DNA from: Candidatus Neochristensenella gallicola
Lineage (GTDB): Bacteria > Bacillota > Clostridia > Christensenellales > QALW01
Assembly: GCA_904419735.1 (NCBI GenBank)
Contig: CAJFSR010000014.1
Span: forward strand, 5,955 to 69,954
DNA: 64,000 nucleotides
Direction: 5' to 3'
Shown here: positions 8,425 to 17,355 of the stretch, piece by piece
Layout of the letters: each line of letters starts with the position of its first letter
Numbering within the stretch: the first letter of the stretch is position 1
Translations under genes and position numbers: made by a program
The notes under the pieces: generated by a model
The model's input: the letters and a program-made list of their open reading frames with translations, nothing else
The model's database searches: none
Told to the model about the DNA's origin: nothing

Positions 8425-9783
8425 GTGTTGTCATCAGTTATTTTGTTGATTGTACTTATTTTTATTAATGCTGCTTTTGCCAGCGCTGAAATAGCCGTTA
8501 TTTCCTTAAATGACGTTAAGCTTAAAAAGCTTGCTCCCAAAGGGGAGAAGGATAAGCGGGTCAAGCGCCTGAAAAAGCTTACCGAACAGCCGGCCCGGTT
8601 CCTGGCGACTATACAGGTTGCCATTACTTTGGCCAGCCTGCTGCAAAGCGCGTTTGCCGCTGATAATTTTGCCGAGCCTTTGGCGGCTGCTCTGCTTAAC
8701 GCCGGCGTGCCTCTTTCGCAGGGAGCGCTGGAGACTATTTGCATAATTGTAATTACACTTATCCTTTCATATTTTTCTCTTGTTTTTGGCGAATTGGTTC
8801 CTAAACGTATAGCTATGAAAAAAGCTGAAACCATGGCGCTGGGTATGTCGGGAGTGCTTTATGGCGTGTCCAAAATTTTTGCGCCCCTTGTTTGGCTGCT
8901 GACCGTATCCACCAACGGCATACTGCGTCTTATGAAAATTAATCCTGAGGAAGAGGAAGAAAAGGTAACCGAAGAAGAGATCCGCGGCTTGCTTTTGGAG
9001 GGTAATGAACAGGGCACCATTCAGTCGGAGGAAAATGAAATAATTCAAAATGTCTTTGAATTTGACGATACCGACGTGCAGGAAATATGCACCCACCGCC
9101 GGGAAATTGTCGCTCTGCATATGGAGGACGATGAAGAGGACTGGGCGCAGACCATCTTTGAAAACAGGCACACCTTTTATCCAATCTGCGATAAAACCAT
9201 GGATGACGTTATAGGCATTCTGGATACAAGGGATTATTTCCGAATGAGCGACCGCAGCAAGGAGAATTTAATTGCGCATGCTATGCAGATGCCCTTGTTT
9301 ATACCTGAAACCATGACGGCCAATGTGCTTTTCCGCAAGATGAAGGAGAGCCGGACATATTTTGCGGTAATAGTGGACGAATACGGCGGGCTAACGGGTA
9401 TTATCACTCTTCATGACATTATGGAATCTCTGGTAGGGGATTTAGAGGAAAAGAACGAGCCGCCCAGACCCTCGGATATTGAGCAGCTTAAGGAGGATGA
9501 ATGGTCCATTCAGGGCTGCGCGCCATTAGACGATGTGGCTGAAGAACTGGATGCAGTTTTGCCTACAGATACTTATGACACTTTCGGCGGATATATCTGC
9601 GGAATGATAGACAGGGTGCCTAATGACGGCGAGCGCTTTAGATGCGAGAGCGAGGAGCTTGTTATTGACGTTATGGAAGTAGAAAACCATACTATAGGCG
9701 CGACCGTTGTCAAGCGCAAGGAAAAAGCTCCTGACGAAGATGAGAATACAAAGCCTAAGCGCAAGGCGCTGGAAGCAGAATAA
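8425..9783 (+). CDS. CNNM/HlyC-CorC family transporter (DUF21-CBS pair-CorC_HlyC)
   Basis: GTG start with GGAGG upstream. N-terminal DUF21 membrane domain, a CBS region (FAVIVDEYGGLTGIITLHDI) and a C-terminal CorC/HlyC domain. Confidence 0.85.
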   Translation: MLSSVILLIVLIFINAAFASAEIAVISLNDVKLKKLAPKGEKDKRVKRLKKLTEQPARFLATIQVAITLASLLQSAFAADNFAEPLAAALLNAGVPLSQGALETICIIVITLILSYFSLVFGELVPKRIAMKKAETMALGMSGVLYGVSKIFAPLVWLLTVSTNGILRLMKINPEEEEEKVTEEEIRGLLLEGNEQGTIQSEENEIIQNVFEFDDTDVQEICTHRREIVALHMEDDEEDWAQTIFENRHTFYPICDKTMDDVIGILDTRDYFRMSDRSKENLIAHAMQMPLFIPETMTANVLFRKMKESRTYFAVIVDEYGGLTGIITLHDIMESLVGDLEEKNEPPRPSDIEQLKEDEWSIQGCAPLDDVAEELDAVLPTDTYDTFGGYICGMIDRVPNDGERFRCESEELVIDVMEVENHTIGATVVKRKEKAPDEDENTKPKRKALEAE

Positions 9784-10057
9784 GATTTTAAGTCTGTCTC
9801 GTCCGCCCATTCCGACACACCGGCATTTATACTTTTAAGTCTTACTCCCGATGTCCTGTCCGAGAAATCGGAGGGACATCGTGGAGGGACATTAAAAACC
9901 ATTTACATATTGAGTTGTCAAAAGCCCTGATAAATCAAGGGTTTTCGCCATAGTGGTAGTAATAGGCGAAGTAGATTTTGAATTTAACGCTGCGGGCAAG
10001 CATTCCGCGGCGTTTTTTCATGCGTTTAAAGCAAGCTGATTTTTTATTATGAAGCTA

Positions 10058-10283
10058 CCCTCAGTTTACAAGGAAGACGGTCAGAAGGCATAAAATATGC
10101 GTTCTGCTGCGTTGCTTTGATTCCATGTACGCCCGGTACATGTCGTTTCTGCGCGCTTTACCTGGCACAAATTTTATGCCTTTTGACTCTGGAGACCTCA
10201 AACGGAGAGAATTTCTTCATTTTCAAGGCAGACGAAGAAGGCGTACTGGGAGTACGCTGATTGAGGATAACGCAGAAAATGAT
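10058..10283 (+). mobile_element. MITE family A, copy A2, right end truncated
   Basis: The left end TA|CCCTCAGTTTACAAGGAA is intact. Homology to the reference copy stops after GAGGATAACGCAGAAAATGA (about 10283) and the right TIR is absent. Confidence 0.8.
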
Positions 10284-10457
10284 TGACTGCGAATGCAAGT
10301 TGCGTTAGAATATTTTAAGTTAGTTTTGTTTAACTGCTGGCCCGAACTGGCCGCGTTTGCTCTGCAAGCAGGCCTGGGGTTCAAAAGCAGCCGGAATTTT
10401 CGCGGCATACGGCATGATATTAATGTAATTAATTGTGCAGTGGATGATAAAAAACCG

Positions 10458-10485
10458 TTGTAAACTTATGAGAAACAGCTATAAT
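10458..10485 (+). promoter_or_regulatory. candidate sigma-70 type promoter of copA
   Basis: TTGTAA (10458-10463), a 16-nt spacer, then TATAAT (10480-10485), 20 nt before the GTG start. Confidence 0.4.
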
Positions 10486-10505
10486 AAATTAAGGTAGGTG
10501 ATAGA

Positions 10506-13112
10506 GTGAAAACTGAAAAATATAATGTTACCGGCATGACTTGTGCGGCCTGCCAGGCAAATGTGACACGCTGCGTTCAAAAACTGGACGGCGTAGAGGA
10601 TGTAAACGTGAGTCTGCTGGCAAATCAGATGACCGTATCATATGACGAGAATAAGCTCAGGCCTGAAAATATAATAAGCGCTGTGGAGGGAGCCGGCTAT
10701 GGGGCGTCCAGCATGGAAAAAGCCCTTGAAAAAGATACCGGCTTCAGGGGAGAATGGCAGTTAAGAAAAAAGCAGGCTGAGGACAGCCGGCAGAGTATGA
10801 AAAAACGGCTGATTTATTCGGTTGTTCTGCTGGTGCCCCTTATGTATATAGCAATGGGTTCAATGCTGGGCCTGCCTGTCCCCGGCTTTTTTACAGGCAC
10901 TCAGAATGCGCTTGTTTCTGCGCTGGCTCAGCTGCTTTTAACTGTGCCTATAATTTTTATAAACAGGCATTTTTATCAAAGTGGATTTAAATCTCTGTTC
11001 CATGGCGCGCCCAATATGGATTCCTTGGTTGCCATAGGCTCAGGGGCGGCTCTGGTATATGGGCTTTTTGCAATGTTCCGCATGGCCTACGGCTTTGGCC
11101 ATGGGGACATGGAGCTTGTGCATGAATACGCCCATGCGCTGTACTTTGAATCGGCGGCCATGATTCTGACGCTGGTAACGGTGGGCAAATATCTTGAAGC
11201 CAGAAGCAAGGCTAAGACTTCGGATGCTCTGGATAAGCTTATGGATTTGGCGCCGAAAACGGCGGTTGTATTGAGAAACGGGGAAGAAGTAACTATACCT
11301 GCCGAGCAGGTGGCCGCTGGCGATATTGTTGTAATCCGTCCGGGCGAGGGCATACCGGTTGATGGTGTTGTACTTGAGGGGCACGGCTATGTTGACCAGG
11401 CCGCCATAACGGGCGAAAGCATTCCGGTAGAAAAAAATCCCGGCGATACAGTTATATCGGCTACTATTAATAAAAACGGTTCCTTTCAGTTTCAGGCCTC
11501 TAAAGTAGGGGAAGATACTACTCTTTCGCAGATTATCCGCCTTGTGGATGAGGCGAGCAATTCCAAAGCGCCTATTGCGCGTCTGGCTGATAAGGTAAGC
11601 GGTATTTTTGTGCCGGTAGTTATAGGCATAGCTATTGTAACCGCTGTTGTATGGATGGCTGTTGGCGAAGGATTTGAGTTTGCCCTTTCAAATGCCATAT
11701 CGGTGCTGGTTATTTCCTGTCCCTGCGCACTGGGGCTGGCTACTCCCGTTGCTATAATGGTGGGCACGGGCAAAGCTGCCGAAATGGGCATTCTTATTAA
11801 ATCGGCCGAGAGCCTGGAAAACCTTCATAACGTAGATACGATAGTTTTGGATAAAACGGGCACCATAACCTCAGGCAAGCCGGCCGTTACCGATATAGTG
11901 CCGCTGACGGCGGAGTTAAACGGGGAAGAATTGCTTATCCTTGCAGCCTCTGCCGAGATGGGCAGCGAACATCCTCTGGCGCAGGCGATAGTAGATAGGG
12001 CCAAAGCTGAAAAGCTGCCTTTGATCCAGGCTGAAAGCTTTGAGGCGGAGTCGGGCCGGGGAATAAGGGCTAAAGTAGACGGCAAAGATATTTTAGCGGG
12101 CAACGCCGTTTTTATGGAGGAAAACCGACTGCTGGACGGCGCTGACGCGGGAACGGCTTCTGAGCGTGCGCGCGCTCTTGCGCAGGAAGGCAAGACCCCG
12201 TTGATATTTGCGCAGGATGGGAAATTAATAGGTATAATAGCCGTAGCAGATACTATACGCGAATCCAGCAGAGCGGCCATAAAAAGGTTTGCCCAAATGG
12301 GGCTGAAGGTGGTTATGCTGACAGGGGACAATAAAGTGACTGCCGAAGCTATCAGGAAGGAGCTCAATATCAACGAGGCCATAACCGATGTGCTGCCTAC
12401 TCAGAAGGAGGCCCATATCCGCGCGCTTCAGGAGCAGGGACATAAAGTGGCTATGGTGGGAGACGGCATTAATGATGCTCCCGCTCTTACACGCAGCGAT
12501 GTGGGCATAGCTATAGGCGCAGGAACGGATATTGCTATTGAATCGGCCGATGTGGTTCTGATGAAGGATTCGCTTAATGACGTAGCGGCGGCCATTCAGT
12601 TAAGCAGAGCGGTTGTGCGGAACATCCATATGAATTTGTTCTGGGCCTTCTTTTATAATATTCTGGGCATTCCCCTGGCGGCAGGCGTGCTTTTCCCCGT
12701 ATTTGGATGGCGGCTTAGCCCCATGATAGGATCGGCGGCAATGAGCCTAAGCTCTGTATGCGTTGTAACCAACGCTCTAAGGCTGCGCTTCTTTAAAGAT
12801 AAGGATAAAATTCCGGATAATGAGGAAAATGACGGTACAATAGAAAAACAGGAGGCAATTACCGCTGATGAAGCGGAAGAGAAAGGAGAAATATTGATGA
12901 CAAAGATAATAAAGGTAGAAGGCATGATGTGCGCGCATTGCCAAGCGCATGTGTTTAAAGCGCTCTCGGCAGTAGAGGGAGTTCAGAAGGTTGAGGTAAG
13001 CCTTGAGGATAAGCAGGCGGTTGTTACTTTGGCAAAGGATGTAGCCGACCAGCTTTTAATGGATGCAGTAACCGAGGCGGGCTATACCCCTGTAAGCTGC
13101 GAGAAGGCCTGA
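10506..13112 (+). CDS. copA: copper-translocating P1B-type ATPase with N-terminal and C-terminal heavy-metal-binding domains
   Basis: GMTCAACQ HMA domain, CPC in SCPCALGLATP, DKTGT and GDGINDAP motifs, and a second HMA (GMMCAHCQ) fused at the C-terminus. Confidence 0.93.
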   Translation: MKTEKYNVTGMTCAACQANVTRCVQKLDGVEDVNVSLLANQMTVSYDENKLRPENIISAVEGAGYGASSMEKALEKDTGFRGEWQLRKKQAEDSRQSMKKRLIYSVVLLVPLMYIAMGSMLGLPVPGFFTGTQNALVSALAQLLLTVPIIFINRHFYQSGFKSLFHGAPNMDSLVAIGSGAALVYGLFAMFRMAYGFGHGDMELVHEYAHALYFESAAMILTLVTVGKYLEARSKAKTSDALDKLMDLAPKTAVVLRNGEEVTIPAEQVAAGDIVVIRPGEGIPVDGVVLEGHGYVDQAAITGESIPVEKNPGDTVISATINKNGSFQFQASKVGEDTTLSQIIRLVDEASNSKAPIARLADKVSGIFVPVVIGIAIVTAVVWMAVGEGFEFALSNAISVLVISCPCALGLATPVAIMVGTGKAAEMGILIKSAESLENLHNVDTIVLDKTGTITSGKPAVTDIVPLTAELNGEELLILAASAEMGSEHPLAQAIVDRAKAEKLPLIQAESFEAESGRGIRAKVDGKDILAGNAVFMEENRLLDGADAGTASERARALAQEGKTPLIFAQDGKLIGIIAVADTIRESSRAAIKRFAQMGLKVVMLTGDNKVTAEAIRKELNINEAITDVLPTQKEAHIRALQEQGHKVAMVGDGINDAPALTRSDVGIAIGAGTDIAIESADVVLMKDSLNDVAAAIQLSRAVVRNIHMNLFWAFFYNILGIPLAAGVLFPVFGWRLSPMIGSAAMSLSSVCVVTNALRLRFFKDKDKIPDNEENDGTIEKQEAITADEAEEKGEILMTKIIKVEGMMCAHCQAHVFKALSAVEGVQKVEVSLEDKQAVVTLAKDVADQLLMDAVTEAGYTPVSCEKA

Positions 13113-13212
13113 TTAAGCAAGAGCAGGATATTGCAGAGAAATTTCCGCTTTATGCCGATGGGCTCTGAGGTTTTCGGGGTTGGTAGGCCGGTTGCGGCCA
13201 TTTTGCAATTAA

Positions 13213-13341
13213 GGCGCATAAGAAAATGCCCAGGGGGCGGCGTTCGCGGCCGCAGGCCGCGCGGCCGGGCCGAAGGCCCGGCCGGAGGCAGGTGCTTCGC
13301 GCCTGCCAAACGCCGCCCCCCTGGGCATTTTCTTATGTGCC
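13213..13341 (+). repeat. GC-rich cloverleaf palindrome, copy C2
   Basis: The outer stem GGCGCATAAGAAAATGCCCAGGGGGCGGCGTT / AACGCCGCCCCCCTGGGCATTTTCTTATGTGCC closes three hairpins: CGCGGCC-GCA-GGCCGCG, GCCGGGCC-GAA-GGCCCGGC and GGCAGGTGC-TTC-GCGCCTGCC. Lies 100 nt 3' of copA. Confidence 0.85.
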
Positions 13342-13539
13342 TGAACAACGAAGGTAATGGTCAGCTCGGATTAAAAGCACTGTATAATGGCGCAGATATT
13401 GCCCGCAAAAGCTTAAAAGCAGGAAAATACAGATACACTTAGACAATAATGGTGCTGCGGCCAAAAGCCGGCGGCTTGGCCCAAGGCCGGAGGGCGGCGG
13501 TGCGTCAGGCGGTTAAGCTGTTATATATGCGTGTTTTTG

Positions 13540-16017
13540 TTATATATATCTGCCCGTAATGCTGTTGCTGCTGCCGGCAATTTGCTGAGGAGTTCCAACT
13601 GCTACTATCTGTCCTCCGGCTTCGCCCCCGCCCGGCCCCATATCTATTATATAGTCAGCATTGCGGATAATATCTAAATCGTGCTCAATTACAATAACTG
13701 TTGCACCGCTGTCAATTAAAGTCTGGAACACGCGCAGCAAAACTTGAACGTCCAGCGGATGCAGACCAATGCTCGGTTCGTCAAATACAAAAACAGAATC
13801 TGTCTGTGTTTTTCCAATTTCGCTGGCCAGTTTGAGCCTTTGCGCTTCTCCGCCTGAAAGGCCGGGCGTTTCTTCGCCAAGCGTCAAATACCCCAGTCCA
13901 AGCTGCTTAAGTATATTTAATTTTTGATTCACGGTTTTCATTTCGCTGCAAAACTCTATAGCGGAATTTACATCCATATCCATTAATTCAGGTAAAGAGC
14001 AGGATTGCCCTGCCTTGTTTGTTAGTTTTATACCGTATGCTTCTCTTGAATAGCGTGAGCCGCGGCAGTCGGGGCAGGGAATATTGACATCGGGCAGGAA
14101 TTGGACATCCAGGCTGACAATGCCTGTGCCGTCACAGCCCGGACAGCGCAGGCTGCCGGTGTTATAGGAAAAGTCGCTGGCCTTAAAGCCTCTTTCCTTG
14201 GCAATTCTCTCTCTTGCATAGAGCTTTCTGAGCTCATCGTGCACTCCTGCATAGGTCGCTACGGTGGAGCGTACATTGACGCCGATAGGCGCGGCGTCAA
14301 TCAGCTTGATATGCTTTATTCCTTCGGCTTTTATTTCACGGATGTGCTTGGGCAGCTTAACGCCATTTATCATTGTCTCCAGTGCAGGCACCAGGCTTTC
14401 TAGGACCATTGTCGTTTTCCCGGAGCCGGATACGCCGGTCACGACGGTAAGCCGTCCTTTTGGGATATCCACCTCCAGCGGTTTTACGGTGTGGAGCTGA
14501 TTAGTGGCCAGGCGGAGCGTTCCGTTTTTGAACATATCGTCAAGGGCAGGGCAGTGCCGCAGCTTGGTCCGGGCTTTTCCGGACAGGAAACTCCCGATTT
14601 GCGAAGAAGGGTTTTCCTGTATGGAAGGGACTGTGCCTTGGGCGATGACCTGTCCGCCCTTTGCTCCCGCCTGCGGGCCCATTTCAATAATCCAATCTGC
14701 TTCCTTCAGAATCTGGGTATCGTGGTCAACAAGAATTATCGAGTTTCCGTCTGCAACTAGGTCGTGCATTACGCCGTTAAGCCCAACAATATTGGAAGGG
14801 TGCAGCCCGATAGAAGGCTCGTCCAGTACATATAAAACGCCGGTTGTACGGTTGCGGACAGCACGGGCAAGCTGCATCCTCTGCCGCTCTCCCGTTGAAA
14901 GGGTAGAGGACGAGCGGTCAAGAGAAAGGTAGCCAAGCCCCAGGTCCATCAGCCGCCGGGCGGTATTTATAAAGGTTTCGCAAATGCTTTGAGCCATAGG
15001 GCGCATTTCCTCGGCCAGGGTTCCGGGTACATCCCGCACCCAGCAAACCAGTTCGGATAGGGGCATCATGCAGGCCTGGTCAATGGAAATCCCGCGCAGC
15101 TTTGGAAAGCGGGCCGCTGCGGAAAGCCGTGTCCCGCCGCAATCCGGGCAGATATCTTCTTTCAGGAATTTTTCCACCCGCTTCATACCTTTTTCGTCCT
15201 TGACCTTAGCCAAGGCGTTTTCCACTGTATAAACGGCGTTATAGTAGGTGAAATCCAGCTCTCCCGCCTGATTGGAGTTTTTGGCCTTGTAAAAAATATG
15301 CTTCTTGACTGCCGGGCCGTGGTATACTATCTCTTTTTCCTGCGCGGTGAGTTCCCGGAACGGGATGTTTGTGCGGACGCCCATTTTCCTGCAAACATCT
15401 GTCATCAGCGACCACATAAGGCTGTTCCACGGGGCCACAGCGCCCTCATCAATGGTGAGCGAATCGTCCGGCACTAGGGATTCTATATCTACCGTGCGGA
15501 TACTTCCCGTTCCGCCGCACTTAGGGCAGGCTCCCTGTGAATTAAATGCCAGTTCCTCAGCAGAAGGAGCGTAAAAATGCATGCCGCATTCAGGACAGAT
15601 TAGTTCTTTGCCCGCCGCAACTGCCAGGGAAGGGGAAAGGTAATGTCCGTTCGGGCAGCGATGGCTTGCCAGGCGTGAATACATCAGGCGCAGGCTGTTG
15701 AGCAGTTCTGTGCCGGTGCCGAAAGTGCTGCGGATACCGGGGATGATAGGCCTTTGGTGCAGTGCGAGCGCCGCAGGTACATAGAGCACCTCTTCTACAG
15801 CCGCTTTTGATGCCTGGGTCATTCTTCTGCGAGTATAGGTGGACAGCGCCTCCAGGTACCGCCTTGAGCCTTCTGCATAGAGTACGCCTAGTGCCAGCGA
15901 GGATTTTCCTGAGCCTGAAACGCCGGCAATCCCCACAATTTTATTTAAGGGGATGTCAACATCTATGTTTTTTAAATTGTGCACCTTTGCGCCCCTGACG
16001 AGCATTTTATCAATCAT
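13540..16017 (-). CDS. UvrA-like excinuclease ATPase paralogue (short, 825 aa)
   Basis: Two ABC ATPase halves (GVSGSGKSSLA and GVSGSGKTTMV, with LSGGE signatures) and UvrA-type zinc modules (CPxC...CxxC). About 115 aa shorter than a canonical UvrA of roughly 940 aa. Confidence 0.85.
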   Translation of the reverse strand: MIDKMLVRGAKVHNLKNIDVDIPLNKIVGIAGVSGSGKSSLALGVLYAEGSRRYLEALSTYTRRRMTQASKAAVEEVLYVPAALALHQRPIIPGIRSTFGTGTELLNSLRLMYSRLASHRCPNGHYLSPSLAVAAGKELICPECGMHFYAPSAEELAFNSQGACPKCGGTGSIRTVDIESLVPDDSLTIDEGAVAPWNSLMWSLMTDVCRKMGVRTNIPFRELTAQEKEIVYHGPAVKKHIFYKAKNSNQAGELDFTYYNAVYTVENALAKVKDEKGMKRVEKFLKEDICPDCGGTRLSAAARFPKLRGISIDQACMMPLSELVCWVRDVPGTLAEEMRPMAQSICETFINTARRLMDLGLGYLSLDRSSSTLSTGERQRMQLARAVRNRTTGVLYVLDEPSIGLHPSNIVGLNGVMHDLVADGNSIILVDHDTQILKEADWIIEMGPQAGAKGGQVIAQGTVPSIQENPSSQIGSFLSGKARTKLRHCPALDDMFKNGTLRLATNQLHTVKPLEVDIPKGRLTVVTGVSGSGKTTMVLESLVPALETMINGVKLPKHIREIKAEGIKHIKLIDAAPIGVNVRSTVATYAGVHDELRKLYARERIAKERGFKASDFSYNTGSLRCPGCDGTGIVSLDVQFLPDVNIPCPDCRGSRYSREAYGIKLTNKAGQSCSLPELMDMDVNSAIEFCSEMKTVNQKLNILKQLGLGYLTLGEETPGLSGGEAQRLKLASEIGKTQTDSVFVFDEPSIGLHPLDVQVLLRVFQTLIDSGATVIVIEHDLDIIRNADYIIDMGPGGGEAGGQIVAVGTPQQIAGSSNSITGRYI

Positions 16018-16203
16018 TGTTTTTGCCTCACTTTAAATTCCATTAGTTGTTTTATAACAAAGCTGTCTTTTTGAATACACAGTTCAAGATTAATCTGCAA
16101 TGTAGTATAATATAAATGTCAAAAACGTCAAGCGCGCCGGTACTGGTTTTTATTTCTGCAAAAGTTTGTATTGTCCTTTACCGTATTTCATATAGTAAGG
16201 ATA

Positions 16204-16471
16204 GCGTTAGTTTACAAAGAATAATGCGTTTAAAAACAGCTGGATTTGCGTTCCTGCTGAATTGCTTTGACTCATGTACGCCCGGCACATGCCGTTTCTG
16301 GGCCTTGCAGGAATGCAAATTTAATTATTTTTGGCTCTGCGGCCTCAGCCTGTGAAAATTTGTATGTTTTTAAGGCAGACGAGGGAAACGTGCAGAAACA
16401 CCGGCTGAGGATAATACAGAAAACGGGCAAAATTTCCCGGCTTCGGCGTGTTATCCGCTGTACATTGTTGC
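16204..16471 (+). mobile_element. MITE family A, diverged subfamily, copy A3 (268 bp)
   Basis: Ends are TA|GCGTTAGTTTACAAAGAATAATGCG and CGTGTTATCCGCTGTACATTGTTGC|TA. Shares the central blocks CATGTACGCCCGG, AAGGCAGACGAGGGA and GAGGATAA with the main family. The closest copy is 40527-40853. Confidence 0.7.
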
Positions 16472-16493
16472 TAAATTATACGGCTAAACTATC

Positions 16494-16628
16494 ATTCTGG
16501 TCCATTAGAAAAGGTCCGGGGCGGCGTTTGGCAGGCGCTTTGCGCCTGCCTCCGGCCGGGCCTTCTGCCCGGCCGCGCGGCGTGTCCGCCGCGAACGCCG
16601 CCCCGGACCTTTTCTAATGGACCAGAAT
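16494..16628 (-). repeat. GC-rich cloverleaf palindrome, copy C3 (core inverted relative to C1/C2)
   Basis: A perfect outer stem ATTCTGGTCCATTAGAAAAGGTCCGGGGCGGCGTT / AACGCCGCCCCGGACCTTTTCTAATGGACCAGAAT closes three hairpins: GGCAGGCGC-TTT-GCGCCTGCC, CGGCCGGGC-CTTCT-GCCCGGCCG and CGCGGCG-TGTC-CGCCGCG. Confidence 0.85.
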
Positions 16629-16655
16629 TTATCCTGAAATTCAAGTATAACTAAT

Positions 16656-16686
16656 AAAGGCGGCGCAATAAAATTGCGCCGCCTTT
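16656..16686 (-). terminator. intrinsic terminator of hsp20 (palindromic, could act in both directions)
   Basis: AAAGGCGGCGCAA-TAAAA-TTGCGCCGCCTTT, a 13-bp stem located 14 nt after the hsp20 stop. Confidence 0.6.
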
Positions 16687-16699
16687 ATTAATTAATCAT

Positions 16700-17146
16700 T
16701 TATTCAATGGCGATATTATGGCTCTCAGGCAACTTCTTAACTTCCTTTTTAGGAACGGTTATCTTCAAAATGCCGTCTTCAAATCTAGCCTTAATATCTC
16801 CTTCCTTCACGTCCTCGCCTACATAGAAGCTCCTGCTGCATTGGCCCATATAACGCTCCCTGCGTATATAGCGGCCTTTTTTGTCCTTTTCGTCCCTGTC
16901 CACGCCCTTAGAGGCACTGATAATAAGGTACCCGTCTTTTACCTGCGCGTTTATTTCCTCCTTTTTAAAGCCGGGCAGGTCAACGTCCAGTTCATAGCTG
17001 TCATCTGTTTCCCTTACGTCTGTCTTCATAAGGTTTTTGCCATGCTTTCCGTAAAGCGGATTGCGATGGTTAAAAGAAGGCATCATCTCAAAAGCATCAT
17101 CAAACATTTCATCAAATAAGTTTTCTCCAAAAATACTCGGTAACAT
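16700..17146 (-). CDS. Hsp20/alpha-crystallin family small heat-shock protein
   Basis: 148 aa with an alpha-crystallin domain (MKTDVRETDDSYELDVDLPGFKKEEI...GILKITVPK). Confidence 0.9.
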   Translation of the reverse strand: MLPSIFGENLFDEMFDDAFEMMPSFNHRNPLYGKHGKNLMKTDVRETDDSYELDVDLPGFKKEEINAQVKDGYLIISASKGVDRDEKDKKGRYIRRERYMGQCSRSFYVGEDVKEGDIKARFEDGILKITVPKKEVKKLPESHNIAIE

Positions 17147-17257
17147 AAATCATTCCTCCATTTCATTTGCCTTCCTGTTGCTGTGGAATAATTTTCGCAG
17201 CGGCAGTTAAGTGCCATTTGTTAATCTGTACTTATTCCTTTTTCTAAGTACAATTAT

Positions 17258-17285
17258 ATTATATCCCGAAAATTAGCACTGTCAA
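17258..17285 (-). promoter_or_regulatory. candidate sigma-70 type promoter of hsp20
   Basis: On the minus strand: TTGACA (17285-17280), a 16-nt spacer, then TATAAT (17263-17258). The -35 box overlaps the CIRCE element. Confidence 0.55.
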
Positions 17286-17299
17286 TAGGAGAGTGCTAA
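17273..17299. promoter_or_regulatory. CIRCE operator (HrcA binding site)
   Basis: TTAGCACTG-TCAATAGGA-GAGTGCTAA matches the consensus TTAGCACTC-N9-GAGTGCTAA at 17 of 18 repeat positions. Confidence 0.8.
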
Positions 17300-17355
17300 T
17301 TTTAACAAAAATACAATACTTTATTTACATTTGAAGGCATATTTTAGCACGCTAA

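Noticed and set aside
13082-13442. Pro/Arg/Gly-rich ORFs crossing the GC-rich palindromes (also 7547-7771, 16267-16617, 60098-60457 and 60136-60420)
   Set aside because: They occur on both strands over the same palindromic DNA, have no RBS and show extreme composition. They are translation artefacts of the cloverleaf repeats.
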